Assembly (NCBI RefSeq): GCF_058153355.1
Contig: NZ_CM177019.1
DNA: 64,000 bases
Reading direction: 5' to 3' (one strand)
In this document: piece by piece, positions 32,384 through 42,368 of the stretch
How the letters are laid out: each line of letters begins with the position of its first letter
How positions within the stretch are numbered: position 1 is the stretch's first letter
Program-made: the position numbers and the translations under genes
The notes under the pieces: model-generated
The model's input: only the letters and a program-made list of their open reading frames with translations
The model's database searches: none
What the model was told of the DNA's origin: nothing

Positions 32384-33465
32384 TTTTCTTGTTCCTGTTT
32401 CATTTTCAGATACTCAGCCTCAGTAATGCCGAGCGCCTTCACTGCTGCCTGTTCATCAGCAGACAGCACCGCCACTGCCGGTTTTTCCTGTGACAGGTTT
32501 TGTACCGTTGTGGTCTGCATGGCAGATAACGCAGCGATGGGCTGTTTTTTCTCAAGCTGTGCCGACAGTGCCGCCACGCCAATCTGACCGCCAAGCTGTT
32601 CCAGATAGGTACGTTCGCTTTTGAAAATGCGGCCTTCCTGTTCCGCCTTGTCCAGAACGGCGCTCAGGCTGGCTGTGGCGCTTTGTGCAGTCGCCTGTGC
32701 CAGTTCATCACGCAGGGCGTTGTAGCTTTCCACCGGGACGTATTTCGTCAGGTCAACGGCGGCGTTCTGTGCCTTTTCCAGTTCGGCGGATAACGACGCC
32801 ACTTTCCCGGCATTACTTTCCAGCGTGTCCAGTGCGGTCAGTGCCGCTGTTGCCTGTTCATCGGTGATGTCTGCATTTTCGGGGACAGTCACCCCAAGAC
32901 GCGCAAGCAGCTTGCGCAGCGTTTCATTCATGGGTTTGTTCTCCTGTTGAAGGATGTCGGGAAGGTCTGCCGCCAGTGCGGTCAGCTTTTTCATGCCGGT
33001 GGCACCGGGGTCATTGGTCAGCGCAGCAAGGCGGATTTGCAGCACCGCACCGGTGGCGGTGTCATACGGAAAAACCGCAGAGAGATAACCAAATTCGCCG
33101 TCATCGATGCGCTGCTGGGCCGCCGCCGTCCAGCGTGGGTGGATAAATAACCCTTCACCTTCACGCCACTGCATTTCATCGGCGTTAAACCAGCCAGCCG
33201 CGACGAGTTGTTCCGGGGGTAATCCTTTGTCCTTACGTAGCTGGTTATGCTCGTAATCAATCAGCACGTCCTGGTTGAGCGCGCGAACGCCTTCAACCAG
33301 ACGCCCGGCAATCTCACCGTCGATGAACCACCCCTGACCGTCTGTCACATCAAACGGACGACCATCACGGGCACTGAAATGACCGGCAGGCAATAGCTGG
33401 CACCAGCCGTCATCGTCAATGGACAGCGCACTCAGTGCGGCAATGCCAATCGCGTGTTTTTTCAT
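32380..33465 (-). CDS. I: Head maturation protease / scaffold protein
   Basis: 361 aa; Ala/Gln-rich coiled-coil C-terminal half (scaffold-like); immediately upstream of the capsid gene. Confidence 0.75.
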   Translation of the reverse strand: MKKHAIGIAALSALSIDDDGWCQLLPAGHFSARDGRPFDVTDGQGWFIDGEIAGRLVEGVRALNQDVLIDYEHNQLRKDKGLPPEQLVAAGWFNADEMQWREGEGLFIHPRWTAAAQQRIDDGEFGYLSAVFPYDTATGAVLQIRLAALTNDPGATGMKKLTALAADLPDILQQENKPMNETLRKLLARLGVTVPENADITDEQATAALTALDTLESNAGKVASLSAELEKAQNAAVDLTKYVPVESYNALRDELAQATAQSATASLSAVLDKAEQEGRIFKSERTYLEQLGGQIGVAALSAQLEKKQPIAALSAMQTTTVQNLSQEKPAVAVLSADEQAAVKALGITEAEYLKMKQEQEK

Positions 33466-33661
33466 GTCCTGCTGCTCATCATGGTTTGTGAGCAGTCAGT
33501 TTGCGGGTGGTGCGGGAAAATCTGGGGTTATGCTATTTGAGTAATGGAGAAAGAAAGTGGAAGGAAGATAAAACGGGATTCATACACCGTTAAATACCGG
33601 TTTAAAAATCCCCTGGCGCGTTTTAAAAAATCTGTGCGGCTGATTTCATGTCTGATTCAGT
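33466..33661. other. G-I intergenic region, expected site of the Mu strong gyrase site (SGS)
   Basis: 196-bp non-coding gap near the centre of the prophage (about 18 kb from the left end), where the SGS lies in Mu; exact site not verifiable by eye. Confidence 0.45.
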
Positions 33662-34132
33662 TTATTGCCTCAGAGCGGCGCTGACGCGTTTTCTGATGGC
33701 ATCAAAAATTTCCTGTTCCCCGGTCTTATCCAGCCCCATATAAGGACGCGCAGGAACGCCTGCCGGGCGGGGTGCCATATCGGGTGTACCTCCCCACTGA
33801 TGAATGGCAGCATAAATTTTTGGCGAACCAATCAGGGCATAATCCTGTCCATAATCGGTGGTAATGCTGCGTGCCAGATCGCCATGCAGGGTAAGGATAC
33901 TGCCCGGAACAAAACCATGATCCTGACGCCATGCCTGCCACGAATCGCTCCACGCTTCCCAGCCTTTCCCTGTATCCGGGTCTGCCTGCCGTTCAAATGC
34001 CTGTTCCGTGGATGACAGCAGCGCCGCAGCCATCACACGGGGAATGGCGCGGTCACGTGTAACGGTTCCCAGTTCATCCAGTGCAAGCTGAATACGTCGC
34101 ACATCCACGGCAACGTTCATATCAAGACTCAC
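33662..34132 (-). CDS. G: Virion morphogenesis protein G
   Basis: 156 aa; order F-G-I. Confidence 0.65.
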   Translation of the reverse strand: MSLDMNVAVDVRRIQLALDELGTVTRDRAIPRVMAAALLSSTEQAFERQADPDTGKGWEAWSDSWQAWRQDHGFVPGSILTLHGDLARSITTDYGQDYALIGSPKIYAAIHQWGGTPDMAPRPAGVPARPYMGLDKTGEQEIFDAIRKRVSAALRQ

Positions 34133-35484
34133 TTATTCACCTCCACATGCCCCTCCAGTACGTCAATCATCCCGTCAGCAATCGCGGTTTCAAGCGACTG
34201 TGCAGATACGCGGCTGATACTGACCAGCACATCCGCACGGTCATTCTGCCTGCCGACTGTCTGTGATGTTCTGACCACAATCCGGGCCATGCCGTCACGG
34301 GTTGCCACAACATACAGCAACTGGTGGTTCTCCCTGTCCCACAATACTGCCTGTGGTTTTGCCATCAGCGACGGCAGATGCTGTAAATCCTCCGGTTTCA
34401 GGGCGGCATCAGCAGTGGTCGCCAGACTTTTCCCGTTCATCACAAGCAGACGGGCTGGCATATTCCCGGTGCGCTGATGTACGGCTTCAGCTACCGATTC
34501 CGTCATAAAACCCAGTGCCCGGATTTCATGACCGGTCTGACGTGATCCTGCCAGGCGTTTAAGCCAGAGGGAAAAAGCAAGCTGACGCTCCCGGCTGTTA
34601 TTCAGCGTCTGAACAACCTGCTCACGCAACTGCGCGTCGCGAATTTCCACCAGTTTTCGAATCAGTGCCTGATCCGTACCAAATGCCGCCGAACCGGGGT
34701 TATATGACCAGCCCACATCCGGCGTCATTTTTACCCGACCGTTGTCAAACGTGGTTGACGATGTGCGGAAAATCTCTCCGGTGCTTTCATCCGTACCGGC
34801 ATCCACTTCGCGGGTATTCATGAATGACGCACCATAACTGACCTGTAGCCCCAGTTCTTTCATGCGGGCCGCAGACAGCGCCCGGACGCGACAGCGGCAG
34901 TTCCAGCCATTGGGCGGGTAATGCGTCTGCCAGAAAATGTCGTCATACCGGAAAACCATATTGTGCAGCCGCGCATGTTCCGGGCGTGTTCTGCCATCCA
35001 TAACGGCAACGTACTGCCAGTACGGGTACAAATCGGCGGTATTCATCATCTGCGCATAACGTCCTGCCCCATACGCCGTACGGGTATTGACGTTATAAAT
35101 GGTTGCCAGACGACGCGGACTGCCCAGCTCGATTACCTTCGCGTTTCCGTCTGCATCCACGATGATTTGTTTTCCCCACCATCCGAGTTTTTGCAGCCGG
35201 GGGGCCAGTGTGCGGGTAAATTCCTCACGGGTGATGCCTTCACTGACAGCCCGCTCCACTTCCTCACGGATTGTGGTCAGGACATCCATCCGGGTGGCTT
35301 TGGCAACGGTAAAGGCGCGGGCGTGCGCGTCTGCCAGTTGTTCGTACCAGTTCCAGGTGATGTTGTAGCCTTTGGCGCGGAAATACGCGACAGCCTCCTT
35401 TGGCGGGAGGCGTGCGGCATACGCCAGATCAATGGTCTGCTGCGGCATCCAGACGCCCCCATATATCGGCAACAAAAATGGCAC
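34129..35484 (-). CDS. F: Head morphogenesis protein F
   Basis: About 440-451 aa, downstream of the portal gene; true start may be an internal Met. Confidence 0.65.
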   Translation of the reverse strand: MPFLLPIYGGVWMPQQTIDLAYAARLPPKEAVAYFRAKGYNITWNWYEQLADAHARAFTVAKATRMDVLTTIREEVERAVSEGITREEFTRTLAPRLQKLGWWGKQIIVDADGNAKVIELGSPRRLATIYNVNTRTAYGAGRYAQMMNTADLYPYWQYVAVMDGRTRPEHARLHNMVFRYDDIFWQTHYPPNGWNCRCRVRALSAARMKELGLQVSYGASFMNTREVDAGTDESTGEIFRTSSTTFDNGRVKMTPDVGWSYNPGSAAFGTDQALIRKLVEIRDAQLREQVVQTLNNSRERQLAFSLWLKRLAGSRQTGHEIRALGFMTESVAEAVHQRTGNMPARLLVMNGKSLATTADAALKPEDLQHLPSLMAKPQAVLWDRENHQLLYVVATRDGMARIVVRTSQTVGRQNDRADVLVSISRVSAQSLETAIADGMIDVLEGHVEVNK

Positions 35485-36967
35485 GGGTCAGCATGTCGAT
35501 AAGTTCTGCATCATCCATCTGCGGATATAATGAAGCAGCTTTGTTCATGGCGGCTTCCGGGCCATCTTTCAGCACAGAAAAAATGACGGGTTTCAGCAGG
35601 GGATCAACCGAACGCTGCCAGTCTTCCGGTGAGACGCCCATCCGGTCGATATCATCCTCCTGCGGGATATCTTCAGCGGATAATGCGGCCTCTTTCTGCG
35701 GACCGTTATCCGGGACAACCGGTTGAGCAGTAAACACGGCTTCATCACCGACCGGCTGTGGAATATGAAGTTTTTCCTGTATCCAGGAGACCGGAATACG
35801 CATTCCCGCCGCCAGTTTCGGAATGGCGTCAGACAGTGCCGTAATATCACCCGCTTCACTGGTATCAAACACAATGCCCGGCAGGCGGTTAATATCAATG
35901 GTGCTGTCACTGTTCAGTGCCAGCAGGGGATAAATCAGGTCACGGTTAATACTGCGGGCAAGCTGGCCCACATCCGCGTTACGGATTTCCCGGCGAACCT
36001 CATCATGCACTTCACCCAGCGACCGTGCACCTTTATCGCCAGCCTCTGTGGTCAGGGTGCCGCCCAGAATGGCTTTTGAAATCGCTTTTTCTGCCCAGCC
36101 AATCATCGCCATAAAGGGGTCTGACTGACCATCTGCGGCGCTCTGAAAATCCAGCGTCATCCCCATCGGAATAATGCCGCCGGCACGTCGCCCGATATCC
36201 ATCACGGCCTGCATCAGCGTGGCTTTCTCGCGGTTCGTTGAGCCGGTCGGATATTTACCGACGCGCATGGGGAGTCCGTAAATTTCCAGAAACTCTGCAA
36301 AATCACGCACGGAATAGTTTTTAAAAATAAAAGGCCAGATAAGCGTGCGCACAAGGCCATTGGTGCCGACATACCCGGTGCGGGATTTGGCCCGGTGCAT
36401 AAACCAGCCGAACGGTTGCAGCTCCAGCCCGTGATAAGACGCATCACGCAGGCGTAATTCGTTCAGATTGTCGGGGTTCGCACAGAACAGCGCCGGATCG
36501 CGATGATGCAGCGCCACCGGCACGCGCATTTTGCCCAGCCAGCCCCATTCAATCTCCTGCATGGAATAACCCTTGAGAATGGCATCACCGGCATCAAACA
36601 GGGCATCTTCAAACCACGCCGCATCATGCAGATATTCATTCAGCATGTCGGCGTCTTTTTTCTCCTGTGCGCTGGCATCACGTGCCGGAGCGATGCGCCA
36701 TTCCAGCGCCTGAATGGCAAGGCGGCGCTTGCTCAGTTCGGAAAAAAGGTGGGTGTCCTTTTCTTCCATATCAAAGGCCAGGTCAGCCTGTGCGGTCAGA
36801 TCACCGCGTTCGGCATCACGCAGCATCTGCGCGGCCCGGTTCGGCGTCACACCACTGGAAGGATGCTCCTGCGTACGCTTCATGACCATTGCCAGCTCAT
36901 CGCTGCGGGTCTGCATTTCATCGTCAAAATCAAACGGCTGCCCGGAAATATCCAGAATACGGCCCAT
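35429..36967 (-). CDS. H: Portal protein
   Basis: 512 aa immediately after the large terminase. Confidence 0.8.
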   Translation of the reverse strand: MGRILDISGQPFDFDDEMQTRSDELAMVMKRTQEHPSSGVTPNRAAQMLRDAERGDLTAQADLAFDMEEKDTHLFSELSKRRLAIQALEWRIAPARDASAQEKKDADMLNEYLHDAAWFEDALFDAGDAILKGYSMQEIEWGWLGKMRVPVALHHRDPALFCANPDNLNELRLRDASYHGLELQPFGWFMHRAKSRTGYVGTNGLVRTLIWPFIFKNYSVRDFAEFLEIYGLPMRVGKYPTGSTNREKATLMQAVMDIGRRAGGIIPMGMTLDFQSAADGQSDPFMAMIGWAEKAISKAILGGTLTTEAGDKGARSLGEVHDEVRREIRNADVGQLARSINRDLIYPLLALNSDSTIDINRLPGIVFDTSEAGDITALSDAIPKLAAGMRIPVSWIQEKLHIPQPVGDEAVFTAQPVVPDNGPQKEAALSAEDIPQEDDIDRMGVSPEDWQRSVDPLLKPVIFSVLKDGPEAAMNKAASLYPQMDDAELIDMLTRAIFVADIWGRLDAAADH

Positions 36968-38622
36968 TACCAGCCCCCTCGTTCAAACTGGTGATAATCA
37001 TCAAAATCATCGTTATCAACATCATCACCACGGTGGCGTGGTGGCAGCGCCTGTATGCTGTCCTCGTCGATAACAAAACCATTCATATAAGACGCTCTGA
37101 CAGCCATACAGAGCGCCACGGCAAAGTCGCCATGTCGTCGGCCTTTACCACCTTCATCTTTTGTGCGCCCCTTATCAATCTGCGGAATACCTTTGTCCAC
37201 CTTGATGTGGAGCAGGTCATCAAGAGTGGTCTGGTGCCGGGCAATCGTGATGTTCTGCGCTTCAAACTCGCCTTTCAGTTTTGGCATCCACTCCTGATAC
37301 CAGGATGCGGTCAGATTCACACAGTCGATCATCTCCGGGCCATAAATCAGACGGGCGGCTTCTGCCAGATAACCGCCGTTACCGGTGGCATCAAATGCAG
37401 CGCCGGTAAAACGGGGCAAACGGGACAGAATGAATAAAAGGATTTGTCGCTGCTGGTCATAGGTCACATTACGCAGCTCCACGCGGAAACATTCGCGTTT
37501 GCGTAAGTCAGGAGTGATGGCAAGCGGAACAAACACCGTCAGGTCGCCACGGCGTGCAAAGTCTTCGCCCAGTACGTGTTTATTGAGCGGCGACAGCGCA
37601 TCGAGCAACGGGAGCAGCTCCTGTTCACACCAGTCCTGAACGATGCCGTGGCGCATTTGTGGTGTCAGCGATTCAAAATCGTCCGGGGCTTCAAAACGCA
37701 GAATCGGGATATCCCGCGCTGGCGTCATGGCGGCTTCAATCAGCACGCGTGACAGATAAGCGCCCCCGGATTTTTTAGGAATGCAGCCGTATTCCTCGTC
37801 GGCACTCTCTTTATTCGGCGCATTCCGGTACAGGCCATCACGCCAGGCTTTTTCCGCTTCCGGCGACCACGGCTGATTCGTGACGTAACAGATACGTCGG
37901 TACAACCCGTCAGCGATGGCATCATCCAGCGTGATGCGGTGAACGCTGTAATCCTTGCGCCCCTCGCGCGCATCCTGAATGTACTGGTTAAACAGGTTAT
38001 CGACGCCGTTATGTGTCGATATGATCCGCACGCGGGCACCCCACATGGTGAGAGCAAAGGCCGCTTTCAGGAGTTCGTCCAGGGCTTCATGAAATGCCGC
38101 CTCATCAATCACCACGTCCCCCTGCAAACCACGCAGGTTAGACGGACGGCTTGACAGCGCCTGCACCTTAAATCCGCTGTTAGGGAAACGGATCATATAA
38201 GTGAGGATTTCTTCTTTTTTGTCGCTGTCCCAGAAGGTCTGCTCCCAGACATCAGCCTTTGCCAGCTGGTTAAAGGCGCGGGCAAACAGGGCACAGGCGG
38301 CGATATATTCCAGCGCCATTTCCTGACGGGAACCCACATAAAAGACGTTGCGACCGCCACGGCGGCGCGGCTTTGCTGCCGTCATGACATTGCGGCCCGC
38401 TTCGGCCCATGTCAGACCGGTACGACGGGATTTTTCAGCGATGCAAATCTGGCTTTCATCCTCAAACCAGCGGCGCTGATAGCCCAGAAAAACCGGTTCA
38501 TTGCGGGGCTGTGCTTCCCCGATATCGGTCACGATATTCACGCCGAGCAGTTCGGCTTCCTCACGCAGGTTGATTTTTCGGGGGGCATGAAGGGCTTTAA
38601 GGTTGTTTTCTCTGGTGTTCAT
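36967..38622 (-). CDS. Terminase large subunit
   Basis: ORF track 36967..38814; trimmed to MNTRENNL so it does not overlap the upstream gene (552 aa). ATPase and nuclease-type acidic motifs. Corresponds to Mu E as I recall the nomenclature. Confidence 0.8.
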   Translation of the reverse strand: MNTRENNLKALHAPRKINLREEAELLGVNIVTDIGEAQPRNEPVFLGYQRRWFEDESQICIAEKSRRTGLTWAEAGRNVMTAAKPRRRGGRNVFYVGSRQEMALEYIAACALFARAFNQLAKADVWEQTFWDSDKKEEILTYMIRFPNSGFKVQALSSRPSNLRGLQGDVVIDEAAFHEALDELLKAAFALTMWGARVRIISTHNGVDNLFNQYIQDAREGRKDYSVHRITLDDAIADGLYRRICYVTNQPWSPEAEKAWRDGLYRNAPNKESADEEYGCIPKKSGGAYLSRVLIEAAMTPARDIPILRFEAPDDFESLTPQMRHGIVQDWCEQELLPLLDALSPLNKHVLGEDFARRGDLTVFVPLAITPDLRKRECFRVELRNVTYDQQRQILLFILSRLPRFTGAAFDATGNGGYLAEAARLIYGPEMIDCVNLTASWYQEWMPKLKGEFEAQNITIARHQTTLDDLLHIKVDKGIPQIDKGRTKDEGGKGRRHGDFAVALCMAVRASYMNGFVIDEDSIQALPPRHRGDDVDNDDFDDYHQFERGGW

Positions 38623-38629
38623 AACCCTC

Positions 38630-39220
38630 TCATGCCTTACCCAGCAGCACATCACGGATACGCTGCTCCAGCTCTTCGCTGATGCCATCCTGCCCGCGCA
38701 GTTCTTCACTGACGGCGTTTGCCGCTTCTTCTGCGAATGCCTGGCGGATTTCTTTCTCGCGCCGGTGGCTGGACATTGCCGTGGATTCCAGACGCTGTGC
38801 CGCCAGCATGGCATTTTTCAGCAGGTCAATATCCACGTCAGATTCCGGGTTTTCGATTTGCCGCATCATGGCCTTAAAAAGCTGGCTGCGGGCCATTTCC
38901 AGAATCAGCTTTGTGGTTTCTCCCATTGGCTTGTCGCCAAGTTCTGCGGTCAGTGCTGACGTCATTTCACGCATCTGTCGCAGGTTATGGCCTACCTGCT
39001 CGACGTTCGTCGCGTAACGATTCAGACCGGAACGGGAGAGTTTCATCTCATCCGGCAGGCCAGCGTCTTCAATCAGTGCGTTAATTTCTTCCAGAATGCG
39101 GGCCTGTGGGATCGCCTTATCACGCAGCATTTCATGCAGCGTTTTACGTACGTTTTCCGGCAGTAAATCCACTTTTGAAGCCCGGCCCCGTGTTTTCCTG
39201 TCCATCACGCCTCCTGTCAT
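38630..39220 (-). CDS. Terminase small subunit-like DNA-binding protein
   Basis: 196 aa, directly upstream of the large terminase. Confidence 0.6.
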   Translation of the reverse strand: MTGGVMDRKTRGRASKVDLLPENVRKTLHEMLRDKAIPQARILEEINALIEDAGLPDEMKLSRSGLNRYATNVEQVGHNLRQMREMTSALTAELGDKPMGETTKLILEMARSQLFKAMMRQIENPESDVDIDLLKNAMLAAQRLESTAMSSHRREKEIRQAFAEEAANAVSEELRGQDGISEELEQRIRDVLLGKA

Positions 39221-39507
39221 GCACGGGGACGCGGACGCTTGACACCGGCAACGCGGGCGCGGCCTTCCGCCACATCCTGACCTCGGGAGGTCAGCGTTAC
39301 GACATAAAAGCCGCGCAGGTTTTCCACGGTGACCAGTTGCTGCTCTGCCAGCCAGTCAATCTGGCCGCGAACCACATCGCGGGAAACGTTGTGTCCGTAT
39401 GCATCCAGACAGTCCTGAAGGATGGATTCGTTGGCTTCGTTATTGCAGTCCATCAGGGAACGCAGGATGACCAGACGACGGTCTTCAGTCAGAATATCGT
39501 TAATCAT
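39217..39507 (-). CDS. Mu late-region small protein
   Basis: 96 aa; tight packing. Confidence 0.45.
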   Translation of the reverse strand: MINDILTEDRRLVILRSLMDCNNEANESILQDCLDAYGHNVSRDVVRGQIDWLAEQQLVTVENLRGFYVVTLTSRGQDVAEGRARVAGVKRPRPRA

Positions 39508-39821
39508 GAATTACTCCGGTTTACTGCGTTTTCAAGCAGCAGCTCCAGTTGATGGGAAAATGACTGCACCCGCTGGGACAGCACCCGGATATCGCCGGAC
39601 AGCTCTGCAATACGCAGGCGCATTTCGTGTACATCTTCTGTGCCGGGGATGCTGGCGTAGCGGGTTTCCATTTCGGTCATCCGGTTTTCAAGACGCTCCA
39701 CACGCTCAGTGCTGGCAAAACTACGACGCATTGCCCAGACGGCCCCACCGGCCACAACAGGCAACAGGTAAGGCCATAACGCTAAAACTGAAATCAAATC
39801 CATTATTCTGCTCCACGGCAC
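39504..39821 (-). CDS. Mu late-region small membrane protein (lysis-associated position)
   Basis: 105 aa with N-terminal hydrophobic segment (LISVLALWPYLLPVVAGGAVWA). Confidence 0.45.
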   Translation of the reverse strand: MPWSRIMDLISVLALWPYLLPVVAGGAVWAMRRSFASTERVERLENRMTEMETRYASIPGTEDVHEMRLRIAELSGDIRVLSQRVQSFSHQLELLLENAVNRSNS

Positions 39822-39997
39822 CAGTGGCAGTAGTTCGCCATCGGCTGCTGTCTCAGCACATCAGGCCGCAGCTCACGACCGCAACCGGCACACAATACAG
39901 GCGGGTCATACGCCGCCGGGCGGGGAATATCACGGGTATCCCCCTGCCAGAGTTCAGCGAGCAGCAGCGCCACCGCCCGGTTCTGGTCTTCGTTCAT
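39803..39997 (-). CDS. Small Cys-containing protein
   Basis: 64 aa with CAGCGREL...CHWC pattern. Confidence 0.35.
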   Translation of the reverse strand: MNEDQNRAVALLLAELWQGDTRDIPRPAAYDPPVLCAGCGRELRPDVLRQQPMANYCHWCRGAE

Positions 39998-40295
39998 AAA
40001 TTTCTTTCCTTCGGGTCTCCTGTTCCCGGACTGATGCCTTGTCGCGGTTGCACTGCCCGAGCGCCATCAACAGGTCAGCATTCCAGAGAAGGGATGCTCC
40101 CCACGTCAGGGGCTGTGGCATGGGCGGAACGGGCGTTGCTTCCGTCAGTTCTGCATCAGTTTCGGGCAGGATCACCACCGATGGCACGGGTGCGTTTTTC
40201 GAGTTCCCGCAACCTGTCAGCAGCAACGGCAGGCACAGGACGAGTGCTGCAATTGTCACCGGTAATGGCGGTTGTAATTTTTTGTTTTGCATCAT
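39954..40295 (-). CDS. Outer-membrane spanin (lipoprotein), overlapping the i-spanin in another frame
   Basis: Lipobox LLLTGC after a signal-like segment; start trimmed to MMQNKK (ORF track to 40430). Confidence 0.5.
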   Translation of the reverse strand: MMQNKKLQPPLPVTIAALVLCLPLLLTGCGNSKNAPVPSVVILPETDAELTEATPVPPMPQPLTWGASLLWNADLLMALGQCNRDKASVREQETRRKEIYERRPEPGGGAAAR

Positions 40296-40542
40296 GATGT
40301 TCTGTCTCATCTTCCAGCCGCGCGGCACGATTTGCGGCACGGATAGCGGAAAATACCTGCATCGTCTGTTCCTGACTGTGTAACAACCATTCAGCAGTGT
40401 GGCGGGCCTGTTGCTCCGTCTGTAATTCACGGCGCAGCGTCTGGTTATCGTGGCGGGTGCTGTCCAGCCTGTGCCACAACACCCCGGACAGAACGGCGGT
40501 AAACACGGCTGCCAGCAGTAAACTTTTACTGGCGAAGGTCAT
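40156..40542 (-). CDS. Inner-membrane spanin (Rz-like)
   Basis: 128 aa; N-terminal transmembrane helix then coiled-coil; immediately downstream of the endolysin. Confidence 0.55.
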   Translation of the reverse strand: MTFASKSLLLAAVFTAVLSGVLWHRLDSTRHDNQTLRRELQTEQQARHTAEWLLHSQEQTMQVFSAIRAANRAARLEDETEHHDAKQKITTAITGDNCSTRPVPAVAADRLRELEKRTRAIGGDPARN

Positions 40543-41044
40543 CCGCCCCCCTGATATTCCAGATTGCCATTTCCACTTCGCGACGGTTCATCAGTCCTTT
40601 CCATTTATGGCCTGCGGCAAACACCCAGCGGGCCATCTGGTCACGTGCTCCGGCGTAATCACCGGCATTGAGTTTTTTCAGCAGCGTTGATTTACTGAAT
40701 GCGGTAACACCGGTGTTGAAAATAAACGTTGCCAGCGCCGTTTTCTGATATGGCGTCAGCGGCACCCTGACAAGACGATCGATTGCCGCATAAACCGGTT
40801 TTAAATCACTGTCGAGGAGAGCCATACACTCCGCATGGCTGTAACGGCGCATTTCAATATCCGGCCCGGTATGTCCCACACAGACCGTAAGCACACCGGC
40901 AATATCGCGGTAAGGCAGATAAGCGATATTTTCCAGATGGATCAGAGACTGACGGGTCATTTCCTGATAACCACCCACACCGCCACCGGCAATTGTTACA
41001 GCCAGCAGTGCGGCTTTCAGTTTTTTTGGGATCTCCGCCATCAT
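40526..41044 (-). CDS. lys: Endolysin with N-terminal signal-arrest-release-like segment
   Basis: 172 aa; N-terminal weakly hydrophobic Gly/Ala-rich stretch (AALLAVTIAGGGVGGY) followed by a lysozyme-like domain; follows C. Confidence 0.8.
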   Translation of the reverse strand: MMAEIPKKLKAALLAVTIAGGGVGGYQEMTRQSLIHLENIAYLPYRDIAGVLTVCVGHTGPDIEMRRYSHAECMALLDSDLKPVYAAIDRLVRVPLTPYQKTALATFIFNTGVTAFSKSTLLKKLNAGDYAGARDQMARWVFAAGHKWKGLMNRREVEMAIWNIRGADDLRQ

Positions 41045-41135
41045 GCTTCCCTGAAAAAATGCGCTGATGGCAGTCTAAAAAATCAGGTGACAGGTGCGGG
41101 ATTATGGTGACAGGAAATAACCGGCAGGATGCCGG

Positions 41136-41558
41136 TTATTTCTGGCTTTCAGGTGAGAACAGGTCAGGCTGATGACGTCGTGTATGCAGCTTTCTCTGGC
41201 GGGCAATAATCTGGTAGATCTGCGGCTGGGACAGGCGATACTGGCGACGCAGTTCTTCCATGTTACGACCATTGAACTGGCAGTAAAGCAAATCGTCGCG
41301 TAACGCGGTCAGGATCGTATCGCCGCAGGGGATGTAAAACTGCCGCCCGCCCAGAAAACAGGACAGGGCAACGGCCTGTTTACGGGCAAGCTCACGGGGA
41401 TTGCTGACGTTCTGGCGTTTCAGTTCGTTTTCCAGAACATCAATCAGATCAACCACCGAACGGGGCCAGCGTGATTCCAGTTCCGGGGCCGGGATGTTAT
41501 CAATATGTCCGATTAACTGGCGAATTGCCGGATCGTGTTCAAATAAATCATGCTGCAT
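41136..41558 (-). CDS. C: Late-gene transcription activator C
   Basis: 140 aa; paralogue of Mor (shared ...FNGRN...EL...Y..S motif). Confidence 0.85.
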   Translation of the reverse strand: MQHDLFEHDPAIRQLIGHIDNIPAPELESRWPRSVVDLIDVLENELKRQNVSNPRELARKQAVALSCFLGGRQFYIPCGDTILTALRDDLLYCQFNGRNMEELRRQYRLSQPQIYQIIARQRKLHTRRHQPDLFSPESQK

Positions 41559-41670
41559 ATTTTCCCCCGGTTAACAGACAGAAAGATACACCACGGCACT
41601 GATGGTTATCAGAACCACAAGGGCAATCACTTTTATCGCACTCATCAGCGTGGACGGACCGAAACATTCA

Positions 41671-41901
41671 TCACTGAATTTTCTGTACACAATATTTTTC
41701 CTTATAACGTTGGCAGTGGTGAAGAATTTCCGGCATATCAACCGACTGCCAGCCTTTCATGTAATAACTTCCGTGGGTGCCATCATGACCGGTATAGTCG
41801 CGGGGCGAAGGCCGTGGCCCACCGGCGACACGGTGTAAAACCTCCTGACGCAGCCGCTCACGTCTGCCAAGATGAAAGGATGCATTCCAGCCTTTACCCA
41901 T
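41671..41901 (-). CDS. Hypothetical small ORF between mor and C
   Basis: 76 aa ORF in the mor-C gap; no motif recognised. Confidence 0.3.
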   Translation of the reverse strand: MGKGWNASFHLGRRERLRQEVLHRVAGGPRPSPRDYTGHDGTHGSYYMKGWQSVDMPEILHHCQRYKEKYCVQKIQ

Positions 41902-41978
41902 GATGATTTCCCCCGGTACGGTTATTCATCACAGGATATTGAGGACGTAAAAAAAGCCGGATTAACCGGCTTTACTGT

Positions 41979-42368
41979 TTACAGTAGTGAGGGCTGGTAC
42001 TGGCGGTATTTCAGCCGTCGCATCCGGCGAATGGCCTTGTAAACCGTATTGAAAGTGACACCATAACGGGTGGTCAGTTCGCTGACGTTGCGACCGTTAA
42101 AATCATTCCAGATACGCAAATCCCGAATCAGCGAGTCCAGAACCTGACCGCGTGGAATGTAGACCTGACCGCCGCCCAGATGCTTACAGATAGCCACAAC
42201 AATCTCCAGTGAATGGGCAGGATCAACACCCAGCCGGGACAATTCCCCGCGCAGTAAATCGTTCAGCTCCGCCAGCAGTGCCGGAAAGCGTGACGTATCC
42301 TCGGCGGGATTGTCAAGATGTGCCAGGATGGTGTCATCCTGCAAATCACCAAATAAATCTTCCGTCAT
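41979..42368 (-). CDS. mor: Middle-gene transcription activator Mor
   Basis: 129 aa; Mor/C family; follows gemA with a 4-bp overlap. Confidence 0.85.
   Translation of the reverse strand: MTEDLFGDLQDDTILAHLDNPAEDTSRFPALLAELNDLLRGELSRLGVDPAHSLEIVVAICKHLGGGQVYIPRGQVLDSLIRDLRIWNDFNGRNVSELTTRYGVTFNTVYKAIRRMRRLKYRQYQPSLL

Noticed and set aside
27997-32587. Long antisense ORFs inside the Mu late region (e.g. 27997..28806, 29860..30723, 31490..32587)
   Set aside because: They fully overlap well-supported phage structural genes on the other strand, lack RBSs and have biased, low-complexity composition; typical GC-rich shadow frames.
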